Part shown: in pieces, positions 25,010 through 36,948 of the stretch
How positions within the stretch are numbered: position 1 is the stretch's first letter
How the letters are laid out: the number at the start of each line of letters is the position of its first letter
NCBI GenBank assembly: GCA_964252035.1
Contig: OZ176206.1
Origin: Podarcis erhardii
Taxonomy: Eukaryota
Strand: one strand, 5' to 3'
Length of the DNA stretch: 64,000 nucleotides
Position numbers and translations under genes: made by a program
The notes under the pieces: model-generated
Database searches by the model: none
What the model saw: only the letters and a program-made list of their open reading frames with translations
Told to the model about the DNA's origin: nothing

Positions 25010-25015
25010 AATAAA
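25010..25015 (+). terminator. Distal polyadenylation signal of TOX3
   Basis: AATAAA with upstream TGTA (24967-24970) and U-rich elements; the UTR-like AT-rich block ends here. Confidence 0.7.
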
Positions 25016-25358
25016 CACATTTCAGTAAAAAAGAAGAAAAAAATCCAACCACATACCCCCAGTGTTTTGCAAAACTGAAATCAGCTAATCCTTAACCCTT
25101 TGAACAAAATACCAGCTTGCCTGTGTTACACCTCCTACTCATACCATAACATTAAGCAGGGCTGTACATGCCCACCTCAAATCTGGTTTGGCGCCTGATT
25201 CAACCTAGTATGTCCTGATCTAGCTCTAAGTTTAATTGGTATTTTAAATCCTAATGTTTGTGGTGGCAAAGGGGTTAAAAGTAGGCCAGGTGAGAGTTTC
25301 TGTCTACATCTCCCACCCACCGCCTTCACCTTGGCACTACTCCCATGTTTAATTAGGG

Positions 25359-25391
<33 letters not shown>
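25359..25391. repeat. (ATT)11 microsatellite
   Basis: Directly visible. Confidence 0.95.
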
Positions 25392-25393
<2 letters not shown>

Positions 25394-26529
25394 AACCCTA
25401 ATTAAACGTGGTTGCCAAACCACCACCACTCTCAAGATTGCTCAGGGTGCACCTGATCGAACCCAGAACAATTGGCCTGATTCAAGTTGGGATTTATTCC
25501 AGACCTGGATCACAGCTCTAACATTTACACTGGCATCCAAGGCTGCTTTCACTAATACAGTGTCATCCAAACCCAAGATCCACTGGGATGAGTGAGTTTA
25601 GAATAGGTGGATAGCTGAGTGAGCCTGGGCCATGAAGCCCCTCATTGCAGCCCAGCTGGAGATTCACCAGGATAAGTCTCTTAGCCAGGGTTCTACCAAA
25701 GCCAACAGAACCAAGAGTAGGGTAATCTTGCAAAGGGGCATTCTGGGGGGTGTAGTAGGGGCATACTTGCATCTGTTCAAAATCCCTGTCGACTCAGCAG
25801 AACTTGGATGGTGAAAGTTCAAACTTTACTTCAAAGGCTTGTTTTCCCTCAGCCAGGTTTGGGTTGTCTTAGCCAGCAGCTGTCCTGCTCCTGAATGGAG
25901 TTTGGCACATGCCAGTTTATGCTAAGTGGGTGTAAGTTCTGCCAGCGTCCTAGCTAGAATTGCTCTGTTAGTATACCTCCACCATGGCAGGTTCAGCTTA
26001 AACGAGGCAAGCTTAAGATATAAACAAACTTGGTATCATATGGAGGCCACAGTCTTTCTGTGCAGCATTGCAGGCTTTACCTGGAATCTGGAAAGATCTG
26101 GATGAAGCCAGCAGCACTTGCATATGCCGGAAGTTGGATGTGCTAGAGTCTATTTAACATGGTCTGCATCAGCCTTTCTCAAGTTGGTTGTCCTGTGGTT
26201 GTTATTGGGTTCTAATATTATTAGCATCAGCCAGCACATGACCAATGGTCAGGGACAATGGAAAATGTAATCCAAAAACACTGGGGAGTGATGGTCTGTA
26301 TTAAGCCCTTTTGCCACCACCAGCAAAAGGGAAGTCCCAACTCCTGCCACTTCAATGGAGGGTCCTTACAGCTAGGAAAGGAAAAGGGCAATAGACTGCA
26401 TTTGAGGTGCAGGAGGATGACTGAGTGAGCAGCAACCACAAATCATGAATGGGGAATGCAGAAGTTTTCCAGAGGGGGAGAGTATCAAGACGGGGACTGC
26501 AGACTTCGCTGGGTGGCTATTCTGCTTGC

Positions 26530-27098
26530 CTCATCTCAAAACGGGTATTGTAGAGTTGGGAAAGGTTGAGGGCAACCAAATTGATCTAGGGGATGGAGCA
26601 ACTTGCCTCAAAAGGTTGCAGCATTTGGAACTTTTAAGAAAAAAGGCAAGTAAGAGGCAACATGATAGAAGTTTCAATCATCAGTCATGACATGGTGAAG
26701 GTTCTCATAACACTAGAATTTGTGGACATCCAATGAACCTGCATGTTCTAAGATTTGGGACGGATACAAGAAAGCCCTTCATGCAGTGTGTAGTAAAACT
26801 ATGGAGCTCATTCCCACAGGAGGCAGAGATAGTCACCAACCTTGACGGCTTCCAAAGAGGACTGGACAAATGCATGGAAGAGAAGGCTATCAATATCTAT
26901 TAATGGTTGCAGCCTTACTATTGGAGGTGGTAATGCTTCTGAATACCAGTTGCTGGAAACCACAAAAGGAGAGCATGCTCATGTGCTTGAATCCTGCTTA
27001 CTGGTTTCTCATAGGCATCTGGTTGGCCACTGTGAGCACAGGATAATGCCCTAGCTGGGCCATTGGCCTGACTCAGCAGGCTCTTCCTATGATCTTAT
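26530..27098 (+). mobile_element. Degenerate CR1 LINE (ORF2 C-terminus + 3' end)
   Basis: LGKV..ATKLI.G.EQL..RLQHLELL..KRQVRGNMIEV-like remnant, followed by the typical CR1 tail ending ggcctgactcagcaggctcttcctatg. Confidence 0.8.
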
Positions 27099-28203
27099 AA
27101 CTGCCTGTGTCAGAGCTTCTTTGGCACCTGATAAATGATCTATTCAGGATGCTGCTGTGTTTAGAATTTGTTTTGGAGGTGCGGGGAAGGAGATGTGGGT
27201 TTAATATTTTGTCATGGCCACTAGCACATTGGAACACTTGTCTTATATATCAGAAATGATTGTTAAGGCATATTACAGTCTGAAAAAAGAGCTTAAAGAA
27301 AATATGTTTGTCTCTCTGGGAAGTTTTGCACTGGAGATGCTTCTCCAAGGAAGAAATCTCAGCTGATCTGCCCTTTAGGGTTAACCTTGCAAGTGAAATT
27401 GAATTTTACTGAAGCACTCTTGACCCCTTGACATCTGCTGAAAGACACTGGAAACTTGTAGTAAATTCCCAATGCTTCCTGTCTGTCTCTTGATTTTGCA
27501 TAGGGCTCAAGCTTGTGCCCTTCATCACCCCATATCATCCTAAGATGAAGCAATAAGTGGAGGTCCAGGGTGGCAGCAACTTTGCCCTCTTTTTCTTGCT
27601 CCAATGTAAAATCTCTCGCCTGCCCCTGTAGTTATATATAACTACCCCTGTAGTTATATATATGTGGCTTCTGCCTATCTTCCCATTCAGCTGCACTTCA
27701 CATTGCAAAATGGCTTCTCAAGCCTCTGAGAAAAGAGGTTTCCCATGAAGGAAGTGGGGGTAAGCTGGGAGGGTATTGATCTCTGCTACCCTTAAATGTT
27801 AATGCAATGGGGGACATTTAAAGTGCTAGCCTCTCTTAGCCTCTGAAGCTGCACATGAATTGGTGTATTTGCCTTAGGCATGGTGGCTAAAGCCAGGAAG
27901 AGATATTAAGCGCTTTATAAATGCTTTTGAATAGATAAATGCACAAATAAGCTGGGATGGTGCCTCATAGCAGCTCATGCTAACAGGTTATCCCCACTGG
28001 ATTGCTTCGTATACTTTCATACATGGGAAAATTGGTCTTGCATATTAATTCTTTGGCCTAATTTTGACTGCTTTGCAGGGATGCAACATTCAGTTAGTTA
28101 GTTAATTCCTTTAAAAACAAGAATGAAAAACCCTCCTATGTATGCCTACTTGGAAAGAAGTCCAATTATGTTAACTGGAGTTTTGGATTATCAGCTTGGG
28201 CAC

Positions 28204-28237
<34 letters not shown>

Positions 28238-29874
28238 CTAAAAGCATAAGCATGTAAGAAAACCTCCACTGGATGCATTCAAACATTCCTAGAGTCATAG
28301 AACTGCAGAGTTGGAAGGGGCCCAAATGGTGCTCAACCCTCCCTCCTGCATTTATCTAGTCCAGAACTGTAGTGCCCAATCAAAAGTCTCAGTGATGTCC
28401 ATAAACAGGCATGGAGCTAGTAACCATCTCCCATTGTTCCACAGCAGGCATGCTGGTACTCAGTGACATATATCCATCATGATTGCCACTTTAATTGCTT
28501 CAATAAACCATTTAATTAATTTCAGTAACAATTTTTATTTCATAGTCTTTCTTAATGTCTCAGCTGGGGGTACGGGGTAATTTTGAGGCCAGATTTGCAC
28601 CTGACGGGACTCAATAATATTTTGCTGTCAGTGGAGGAAATGCAGAGTGGCTGTGGATTTGGGAAGTACCTGAAAACAAACAAGGGGAAAGGCCATAGTT
28701 CAGTGGCAGAGGCAGATCACATGCAAAAGGACCCAGGTGCAAGCCCCAGCTTCTCCTGGTAGGTCTGAGAAAGATTCTCCATGTCAAACTTTGACTTTCT
28801 ACTAGTCAGTGTAGGCAATAATGAGCTAGATGGACTAATGTTTACAGAAATGTGCATAGAAATGAAGGCATTAGTGAAAATAACATTCAAAAATGCATTA
28901 TATTAGAAAAAGTTGCTTGCAAAAAATGTGTACGTTAGTCAAAACTGCATATAAAAATGTGTTCAGAGAAACTGGCACCAAAATGATGAACTTTCATGAG
29001 CGCTTTTGCACTAAAATGATGGTGGATTTTCATAAGGATTTTTAAAAGAAACCATCTGCAATTGCTGCAACATGTAGAGAACTGAGTTGTAAGACTGGGA
29101 AAATGAGAAATAGAGAGAGCTGAAATGAGCAGATTACTCCCAGGTAAGTGTGCATAGGATTGCATCCTAACAGACTTTTCTTCCTTTTAAAAGCACTGAA
29201 ACCATTTGCTATCTTGCAACAGCACATCCCATAAATCATGTGCAATGTGAAGAACTAATCCCATTGTCTGTCATGAATCAGGTTTCAATCCTAATATCCT
29301 GGCAATTGGCAGTGGTGTGTCAGATGACTACTCCCCACCCCAGACCATGCTCATCCACCAGTATATGTGCAGTTTATCCACCTGACAACCTTGTGAGGTA
29401 GATTGGGCTGAGAGATGGTGACAAACCCAAGGTCAGTAAACAAGTTCCATGGCTGTGCGGGTATAAGAACCTGGATTGACCCTATGGTCAATATCACCCT
29501 GGCTCTATATTCCATTGAGTTCAAGATAGCTTCCTCCCAAAATGTAGTGTTTGGTGTGGTGGGGCAAAGCCACATAGCTACCCTCTCACTGCCACCATCA
29601 CTACGGCTGGGGTGGGGTGGAAAGTTAGTAATTTCAGGGCTGTGAGGAACCACCGGTAGGAGCACTAGATTGACTTTACTGGAGAATCCATGCAGTCCTG
29701 ATCTTGCTAGCACATTGCCCCAACCCAGCTCCATCTAGGGAAGCTACAGCATTGGCGGTGTTGGAAAAGTGGTTCCAGAGCTCTACGCCACCAGTATAGC
29801 TGCTACGGATCCCAATTTAGTCTGCATGAGGTTGCAGCCTTAATATGATTCTGATGCTGTTATTATTTAAACAC

Positions 29875-30490
29875 AAGAAGAACCCTATTGGATGAGGTCA
29901 AAACCCACCTAGTCCAGCATCCTGTTCTCACATTGGCCAGCCATGTGCCTGTGGGAAGTACAACAGCACTCTCCCCACTTGCAATTCAGAGGCATGACAG
30001 GAAAGGCCAGAGGCAGGCCTAGGGGTTGGAAAAAACATCCCCCGCCAGAGGTGCAGGCCGGGGCTGGGGGCACAATATCACCTCTCAGACTATGGAGTGT
30101 ATGACGTATATCCGTGCGGCAACACAACACCACTGTTGCAGCAAGATCAAATGCGGGAGAAGCTTCCTTCTCATACCATGACACAAAGGCATGCCATGAA
30201 GTGATTTGGGGGGGAGTGGGTGCCAATACAGTTCCTTGCCAAGGGCGCACGGGACCCTAGGTACACCTCTGGTGGAGGCAATGCATAGCCATGGCTGCTA
30301 GTTGCCATTAACAGTCTTATGCCCCGTGAATTTGTCTTGTAGCGGCATGATAATCACCAGAAACCCTCGGGCAGTATCTGAGTGAAGCACTGCTCTCCCC
30401 TCTTGCGATTCCCAACAACTGTTCTTCCGAGGCTTACTGCCTCCAACAATGGAGGTAGAACATAGTCATCCTGCCTCGTAACCATTGGTG
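29875..30490 (-). mobile_element. CR1 3' fragments (reverse) interrupted by a hAT-like MITE
   Basis: aagaaccctattggatgagg..ctagtccagcatcctgttctcaca and ggaggcaatgcatagccatggc are the reverse of the CR1 tail. Confidence 0.6.
30008..30271. mobile_element. hAT-like MITE
   Basis: Degenerate TIRs CAGAGGCAGGCCTAGG / CCTAGGTACACCTCTG; flanking 8-mers ggaaaggc and gtggaggc match at only 5/8. Confidence 0.55.
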
Positions 30491-31169
30491 GTGTTGGTGG
30501 TGGTTGTTAGCACCAGCACGCTCACTTATTTTCACTTGTTGTACTTATTTTAACAAATCATGGAGGGAGAACAGATATTTCCCACTCTCCTGCTTCAGGG
30601 TCTGTGCCTTTGCTGCCAACGCGCCAGCATGCATTATGCATTCATGTTCCAAAGGATCTCGAGGATTCTGTTGTATTCACATTTCTCCCTCCCTCCCTCC
30701 CCCCACTCCCTCCCCCTGCACTAGGAGAGCAGTTTGACCACTATCCCCAGTTGTCTTGCATGATTAATTACAGCATCTGTCCTGTCAGAAGCTATAATGA
30801 AGAGGTCTTGATAAAAATTGCAAATTACCACTGGCAACAATCTTAAAACTGCTTATGATAAAATGAAAATTAAAAACAGCAAGCGAGGAGCCTGAGTCGA
30901 ATCCTAATCTGAAAAAGAATGAGGCTGAGCAGAGGTGGTGTCCATGGCTACTGTTCATAAGACACACAAACCGGGGGGTTGAGGGGGGAGAGAAATACAA
31001 ATCCACCCAGTTTTCCATTCAAAGCTGCAATCCACGGAGAGAGACAAAAGTCCATTCCTGTTCCCCTTTTTGCTCCCATGGAACTTGAAGGAGTGCTTGC
31101 TTCAAGTTGGACAGGTAGACGAGTCCATTTTGGCTCCTCTCGGTTTCTCATTTGCCACCAATTTTAAAT

Positions 31170-31545
31170 TTCATTTCCCACATTTCCACATCCATTTGTG
31201 ATTTATTTTTTTAAGTTCCCACACAAATTTATCAGCATTTTAGTGTGAATTTTCCCCAATCTACATATTTTTGTATGAGATTTGGCACTATATACATGTT
31301 TGCAGAACAACTTCTCCAAATATAACGCATTTTGTATACTAGTTTCACTAATATATACACACATTTCACCTAAGTTTATTTCTTCTTTTTTTTAACACAA
31401 TACTTGGCTGGAGAACTGTGTTACAAAATTCAGAGAACTGCAAATTTCAAAGAATGGCTGTGTTTCAATTTACATATTGTTTTGGGAAAGTACAAATTAG
31501 GTAAGTTTGTGTTTCAATGCAGACTGAGTTGAATTTGTAAAGATA
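31170..31545 (+). mobile_element. Abundant AT-rich lacertid interspersed repeat (probable non-autonomous DNA element)
   Basis: cttggctggagaactgtgttacaaaattcagagaactgcaaatttc... also at ~41900-42215 (+), ~28850-29140 (-) and ~7560-7770 (-). Confidence 0.65.
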
Positions 31546-31900
31546 GGGCATCACCACTGAATAGGTCCTAATTTCAGTCGTCACCCACTTGACCTCTGAT
31601 GGGGGTGTGAACCAAAGTTACTTTTCTGACTCAGTATTCAGGAAGTCCCCATAGAGAAGGAAGTGGTCATTGAGGTATACTGGTCCTAAGTTATCTAAGG
31701 GTTCCAAGATCAAATAGACAGTATTTCACAAAAGTCAATGTTTGCAATAGCAGCCCTATTCGGGTGTTGGGTCTACTCACAATCCGAGGACATGGAAAAA
31801 AAGGAGTAGGGGCATGCACCAAAGTCTTCCTGTCCTCTCTACTCCCAAAGCAAAAAGCTTTGAAGTGAGATTTTTTTTTTTAAAAAATGAGCATTCAAGT

Positions 31901-31984
31901 AAAGGGTAAAAGGTAAAGGACCCATGGATGGTTAAGTCCAGTCAAAGGCAACTATGGGGTTATGGCGCTCATCTTGCTTTCAGG
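31901..31984 (-). mobile_element. Sauria SINE 3' fragment
   Basis: aaaggtaaaggacccatggatggttaagtccagtc..gcgctcatcttgctttcagg, the same sequence as 50861-50945. Confidence 0.85.
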
Positions 31985-32035
31985 TAGGACGCTCTTAGAA
32001 TCCTCCCCACAAGCTAGAACCTGGAGCAATATATA

Positions 32036-32184
32036 CCGTGTTTTTCCGTGTATAAGACTATATGTTTTCCTAAATTTCTGAAGTTCAAAATAAGGGGCCG
32101 TCTTATGCACAGATAGTGCATAGTGCATTTTCTTAATTTTGAGTCCCCCCAAATAGGGGGCATCTTACACCTGGAAAAATATGG
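32036..32184. mobile_element. Tc1/mariner-superfamily MITE (CCGT-terminus type)
   Basis: TIRs CCGTGTTTTTCCGTGTATAAGAC / CATCTTACACCTGGAAAAATATGG with TA duplications at 32034-32035 and 32185-32186. Confidence 0.8.
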
Positions 32185-35111
32185 TAATTGCAAGGAAGAT
32201 TCTAAGCACAGTCAGGTGAACATGCTTAGAATCCCTCTTCCAACCTTCACATGGCAGGTTTAAATGTCAGAAGAGGAATGATAGGAATGGAGATATTGAG
32301 ATGTGGTCGGCAGGTGATGCCCTGAGCCGTTCCTCAGTGCACATGGCATGTAGCTAAACCCAACACCAGAACAGTGCTCATTTTACCATGCTGTCTAATA
32401 AATTTGGAGGAGGATAATACTTAATTGCAACAAGAAAAACAATCAAGTGAAGCACGCCAAGAGCCATTGAAATGAATGAGGGTGGTGCAGAAGCACTTGC
32501 GTTCTGAAGCTCCCATTTATTTTAATGGAGCCTGCATGGGAGAACTCCCCATGGGATTGTGTCCAATTTAGTTTTTAACCCATGTGTCAGTTTCAACTAA
32601 CTTAATGTAGCAATCAGTGCCCTTCTTGGAGCTTCTGAAATCTCTTAACCAACCTCTTCAACAAAGAAAAGCTAAACCGCAAGTGACAGGAATTGTGTAT
32701 ATGGCCTGTAATTGTGTTCTTGAAGAGCCAGGATGCATCTTTGGGAAAATGTCACAAGTGATAAGGGTTAATGCCAACAGAAGTCTGTTTTCTACAGTTT
32801 GGAGGAAGAAGCAGGTGCAAGTCTACTCATTAAAGGATTTAATAAATCCCGGGTTTTATCACACGTGATGAAGGGCTGGAGATCTGTTGATCAGTTCTGA
32901 GACAGGGGAAATAGTAATCACCAAAGCAGCTGAACATAGGCTGTGGTCCTAAACACAGTTAAGCGCATTGAACATGGTGGGAGTCACATCTGAGTAAACA
33001 TACATAGGATTGCACTTTTAAAGTAGTAAACATTGAAGTGGATGTGTACGTTTAAAATCAAGCTTTTCCCCTCTCTTGGAACAGCCTGGCCTCTTTCATG
33101 GCAAACATTTAAAGCACAGTGATAGCACTTTAAACAGCCATGGCTTCCATTGAGGAATTCTGGGAGCTGTGGTTTGTTATGGGTGCTGAGAGTTGTTAGA
33201 AAACCCCTATTCCCCTCATGGAGCTGCAATTGCCAATCTCAGGGAATCAGTCTCTGTGAAATTGGGGAATAGTACCTGTGCTTTCATAGTGCTTTAACTT
33301 TATTGTGTGAACAGAGCCAGTTTCTTAACCTTATCCTGGTTAATATGTGCCATTATGGCACACATACATGCTCACTTGCATCATAGATACCCATGTTGCA
33401 TCTTTTATGTTTCATTAACTCAGCAATCCAAATATGGTTTGTATCCAACTATGGTTGGTATGTTGGATAGACCTGAGTTCATTATGTGCATTGATTTCAA
33501 TGGGTTGACTTAGAGCATAGTTAACACTGGGCATGGCCCTGTGTGTATAGGAGAGATTCCCAGGGCTGTATAGTATTATGACCTTTTTGGAAGGGAGGTG
33601 AGGGGCCTTCAGATCCTGTGAATCCACAGACACACCAATTCCCCCCTCTTCAAGAATGACCTGCTTTGGTCCCCACAGCTGATTGAACACGGCTGGCAAG
33701 ACATTCATGCTACTGGAACTTCCCATGAATGGACCAGGGCGCCTTCGATGGTATAGGTGTTCTTCTGGTAATGGGCCTTTGCTTGGCTGCAGTATGGTAC
33801 CCTTTGCCCTTTTCACCTGCTAGAGATCAGAAATATCCCAACGAACTGGGGGTGCAATCCTGCACACCATTCTCCCTCTGCCACTGTGGATTTCACCATA
33901 GTTCAGTGCTGCAACTCTATGGAGAGATCATAACATAGCCTTAAACTCTATTGATGCGCAATGTTGTGGTGGAACAGTGCAGTGCGTAAGTGATTTCTCT
34001 CTTTTTCTCTCTTTGCCCGACACCTGTGAAATCATGTTTTCCGTCCTATCATTTATAAGTACTCCCCCCCCCCTTTTCCCAGGGTTTCTTCACTTTATCA
34101 CCCCAGTTAACTACATTCTGCTTCCACATTAACCTAGGCTGACATATGATGAAAGAACATAAGGAGTTTTCATTTTTAGCTGAAACGGGGTCATTAGTCT
34201 CCAACCACAAACAAAAGCTTTAAATACCTTTATCGGGCAAAGTTTCCATGATATATTATCTATCACCCGACCATTGTAGCTGGAAGGGGTCTACTTACCT
34301 CCCCCCCCCCTTTTGGAGACAGATGGATTAAATATTTCAAGTTTAACCAGGGAGATGCCACACAATGGGGTTTTTTAGACTTATGAATAGCACCCTTCCC
34401 CATTTCTCACTTCATGGAGTATTTCTGCAGCCCTGGACTTCATTCTAACCCTTTCCCTCCCTGCTTTGTTTGTCTTTTGTTTCGCAACAGCTGTTATTAT
34501 CGTTTTTTGGTCAGCTGTGATTGCTGCAGGCAAAAGAGGACCAGATGGTGTTTTGCGATGCATGAATGGCAAGTCAGAGGAGCCTGGATTGAATAGGCCA
34601 AGTCTGAATGGTGTCTATGCACCACCTGCCTCCTTCAACAGCAGCAGCGCAGATCACAGAAGTATGATCTGTCTCAGACCAACCCGCATCAGAGGGGGAA
34701 TGAAGAGAGCCTTGTTGGGTTTTCTCCATATTTATTGATCTTCCATGCACTAACAACATAATGCGGTGCACAGTCAATTTGAATTAATTGGATATGACAC
34801 AGCGTGCGCATGTAATCTATCACTGTAGTCGTCTGGTACGCTATGGGGATTTCCCCCCCTGTCACAGGAACATGTGAATCTGTAACAATGTGCATTAATT
34901 AACAGAGGAGACAGGAGCAACACGAGAGAATGTCGGCTTAAGCAAATGTCATTTTAGCTGGCCTCGTGACGCATTTTTATACACGTATTTATATCATTAA
35001 TTTATATCTATGAACTGCACCTCCGACCCTCAATGCAGCGTACAAAAAAGCAAGGAAGAAAATGCATTTTTTTAAAAAAATAATAATCAACATGTAACCA
35101 TACTTTAAAAT

Positions 35112-35114
<3 letters not shown>

Positions 35115-35146
<32 letters not shown>
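35115..35146. repeat. (CA)16 microsatellite
   Basis: Directly visible. Confidence 0.95.
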
Positions 35147-35148
<2 letters not shown>

Positions 35149-35334
35149 GACACAGCCCCAGATCGAACAGGAACAAAGGCTGTGTTTGTGTCATACTACT
35201 GTACCACTTTAAAAACACTTGGGTTCCCCCCAAAGAATTCTGAGAGTTGTTAGGAGACCCCTTTGTTCCCCCCGCAGAGCTACAACTGCCAGTGTGGACC
35301 TGAAGTAAGGGTTTCAAGTTATAAGAACTTTCTG

Positions 35335-35757
35335 ACTGCAAGAGTTGTTCGACAGTGGAATGGAATCACATGGAAGGTGGTGAACTCCCCTTCCTTGGAG
35401 GTTTTTAAGCAGAGGTTAGATGGCTGACTGTCATGGCTGTTTTGGTTGTGATTCCTGTACAGTGGCACCTCGGGTTACAGATGCTTCAGGTTACATACGC
35501 TTCAGGTTACAGACTCCGCTAACCCAGAAATAGTACCGCGGGTTAAGAACTTTGCTTCAAGGTGAGAACAGAAATCATGCTCTGGCAGCACGGCGGCAGT
35601 GGGAGGCCCCATTAGCTAAAGTGGTACCTGAGGTTAAGAACAGTTTCAGGTTAAGAATGAAACTCTGGAATGAATTAAGTTCTTAACCCGAGGTACCACT
35701 GTATTGCAGGGGTTTGGGCTAGATGTATCCCTACCAACTCTACAATTCTATGATTCA
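35335..35757 (+). mobile_element. CR1 3' end (second family) split by a MITE insertion
   Basis: ccttccttggaggtttttaagcagagg...gtgattcctgTA[MITE]TAttgcaggggtttgggctagatg..ccaactctacaattctatgattc; similar tails at ~21060-21120, ~38465-38535 and ~56761-56830 (-). Confidence 0.85.
35460..35701 (-). mobile_element. Tigger-like MITE, inverted copy of 3392-3617
   Basis: CAGTGGCACCTC...GAGGTACCACTG with TA at 35458-35459 and 35702-35703. Confidence 0.92.
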
Positions 35758-36899
35758 GTTAGTTTCCTCATGCAATCCATTAACGTGGCAAATCAGCATG
35801 AAAGTTCCGGAATGTTCCAGAAACATAGGTAGAATTCTTATTTGGTTTTCCTTCCAGTTGCTAAGAAAAGCTTTCTTTTTATAACTTTTTTTAAAGGAGA
35901 AGCTTTCACTTTATAACATAGGTTTCATATGAAAAGTATTGTTACTGAACAAAAGTAGTGCCTAAATAAAGAAATGGAATCGAGGGGAAGGGAGTGACAT
36001 CTGGGGAAATATTCATGACTGAAACACATTAAGTCAGATGATGATGTGATCTGGCATTTGCTAATCAATAACTGAGGAGTGACACCAGTGTTCCTATTTG
36101 ATTAACCTTTTGCCTCAGGCTTAGATATGAAGGCAAATTCATGCAAAACCGGGGGTGGGGGTGGATGCATGCATGCACATGGCTTTTTTTTTTTGTTTTT
36201 TTTGCAAAGTTTTCATGGAAAAGTCGTGGATATTTTTGTGCCCATTATCTGAAGTTGTGTTTTGTGTTTATGTTTGGTATATGTGCTGGAACAATGTGTT
36301 TGTCTAACAGTAAAGCAAAATACACATACTGTTCTGTTCCTCCCTCGAGTTCCAAGGTTCTTGAGGAGAACAAGCAGAAGTTGTATAGCCATCAAGTGAA
36401 GTTTTACTGCCTGATTCTAAAAAGCGTTAGTGCTCCAAGTCTCTTCTCTCTTTCTTCTGCCCTTCCATTTTTATCGCTTTTCTTTTTCGCCATTTTAGAC
36501 TTTAGGGGTCCCTCCGTGGAATGAATGGCACTTTGACAGAATTCAAGAGTGGGAGCCGATTCTAAGAAAGCCTCTGCAATATTTTTGGGAAGTACAGTAA
36601 ATAAATGCAAGGGCCGTCTCTCCCCTTGTCAACTTCTCCTGGGCTAAAATCATCATTAACACAAAAGTGGATGGTGTGGAACAGAATACACAGGTGAAAA
36701 TTAGAAGGTTTAACGCAGGGGAGAAACAAAGGCTGTGGCAAGTTCATGGCGCTGTTTCCAAGATGCAGGCCTAGAGCTTTAAACACGGCACCAAGCAAAA
36801 TCTGCATTCGGTCAAGTGATGAAGCAGGACTCTACATTGACCTGGGTAAATGATTCCCATCATCATAATTATTAGCTTGCAGGATTTAAATAGGGCTAA

Positions 36900-36900
<1 letters not shown>

Positions 36901-36946
<46 letters not shown>
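36901..36946. repeat. (TG)23 microsatellite
   Basis: Directly visible. Confidence 0.97.

Positions 36947-36948
<2 letters not shown>

Larger units (their letters stand above)
23822..25030 (+). other. TOX3: TOX3 3'UTR (long form)
   Basis: Repeat-free, very AT-rich sequence from the stop codon to AATAAA at 25010-25015; the cleavage site is estimated 10-20 nt downstream. Confidence 0.75.
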
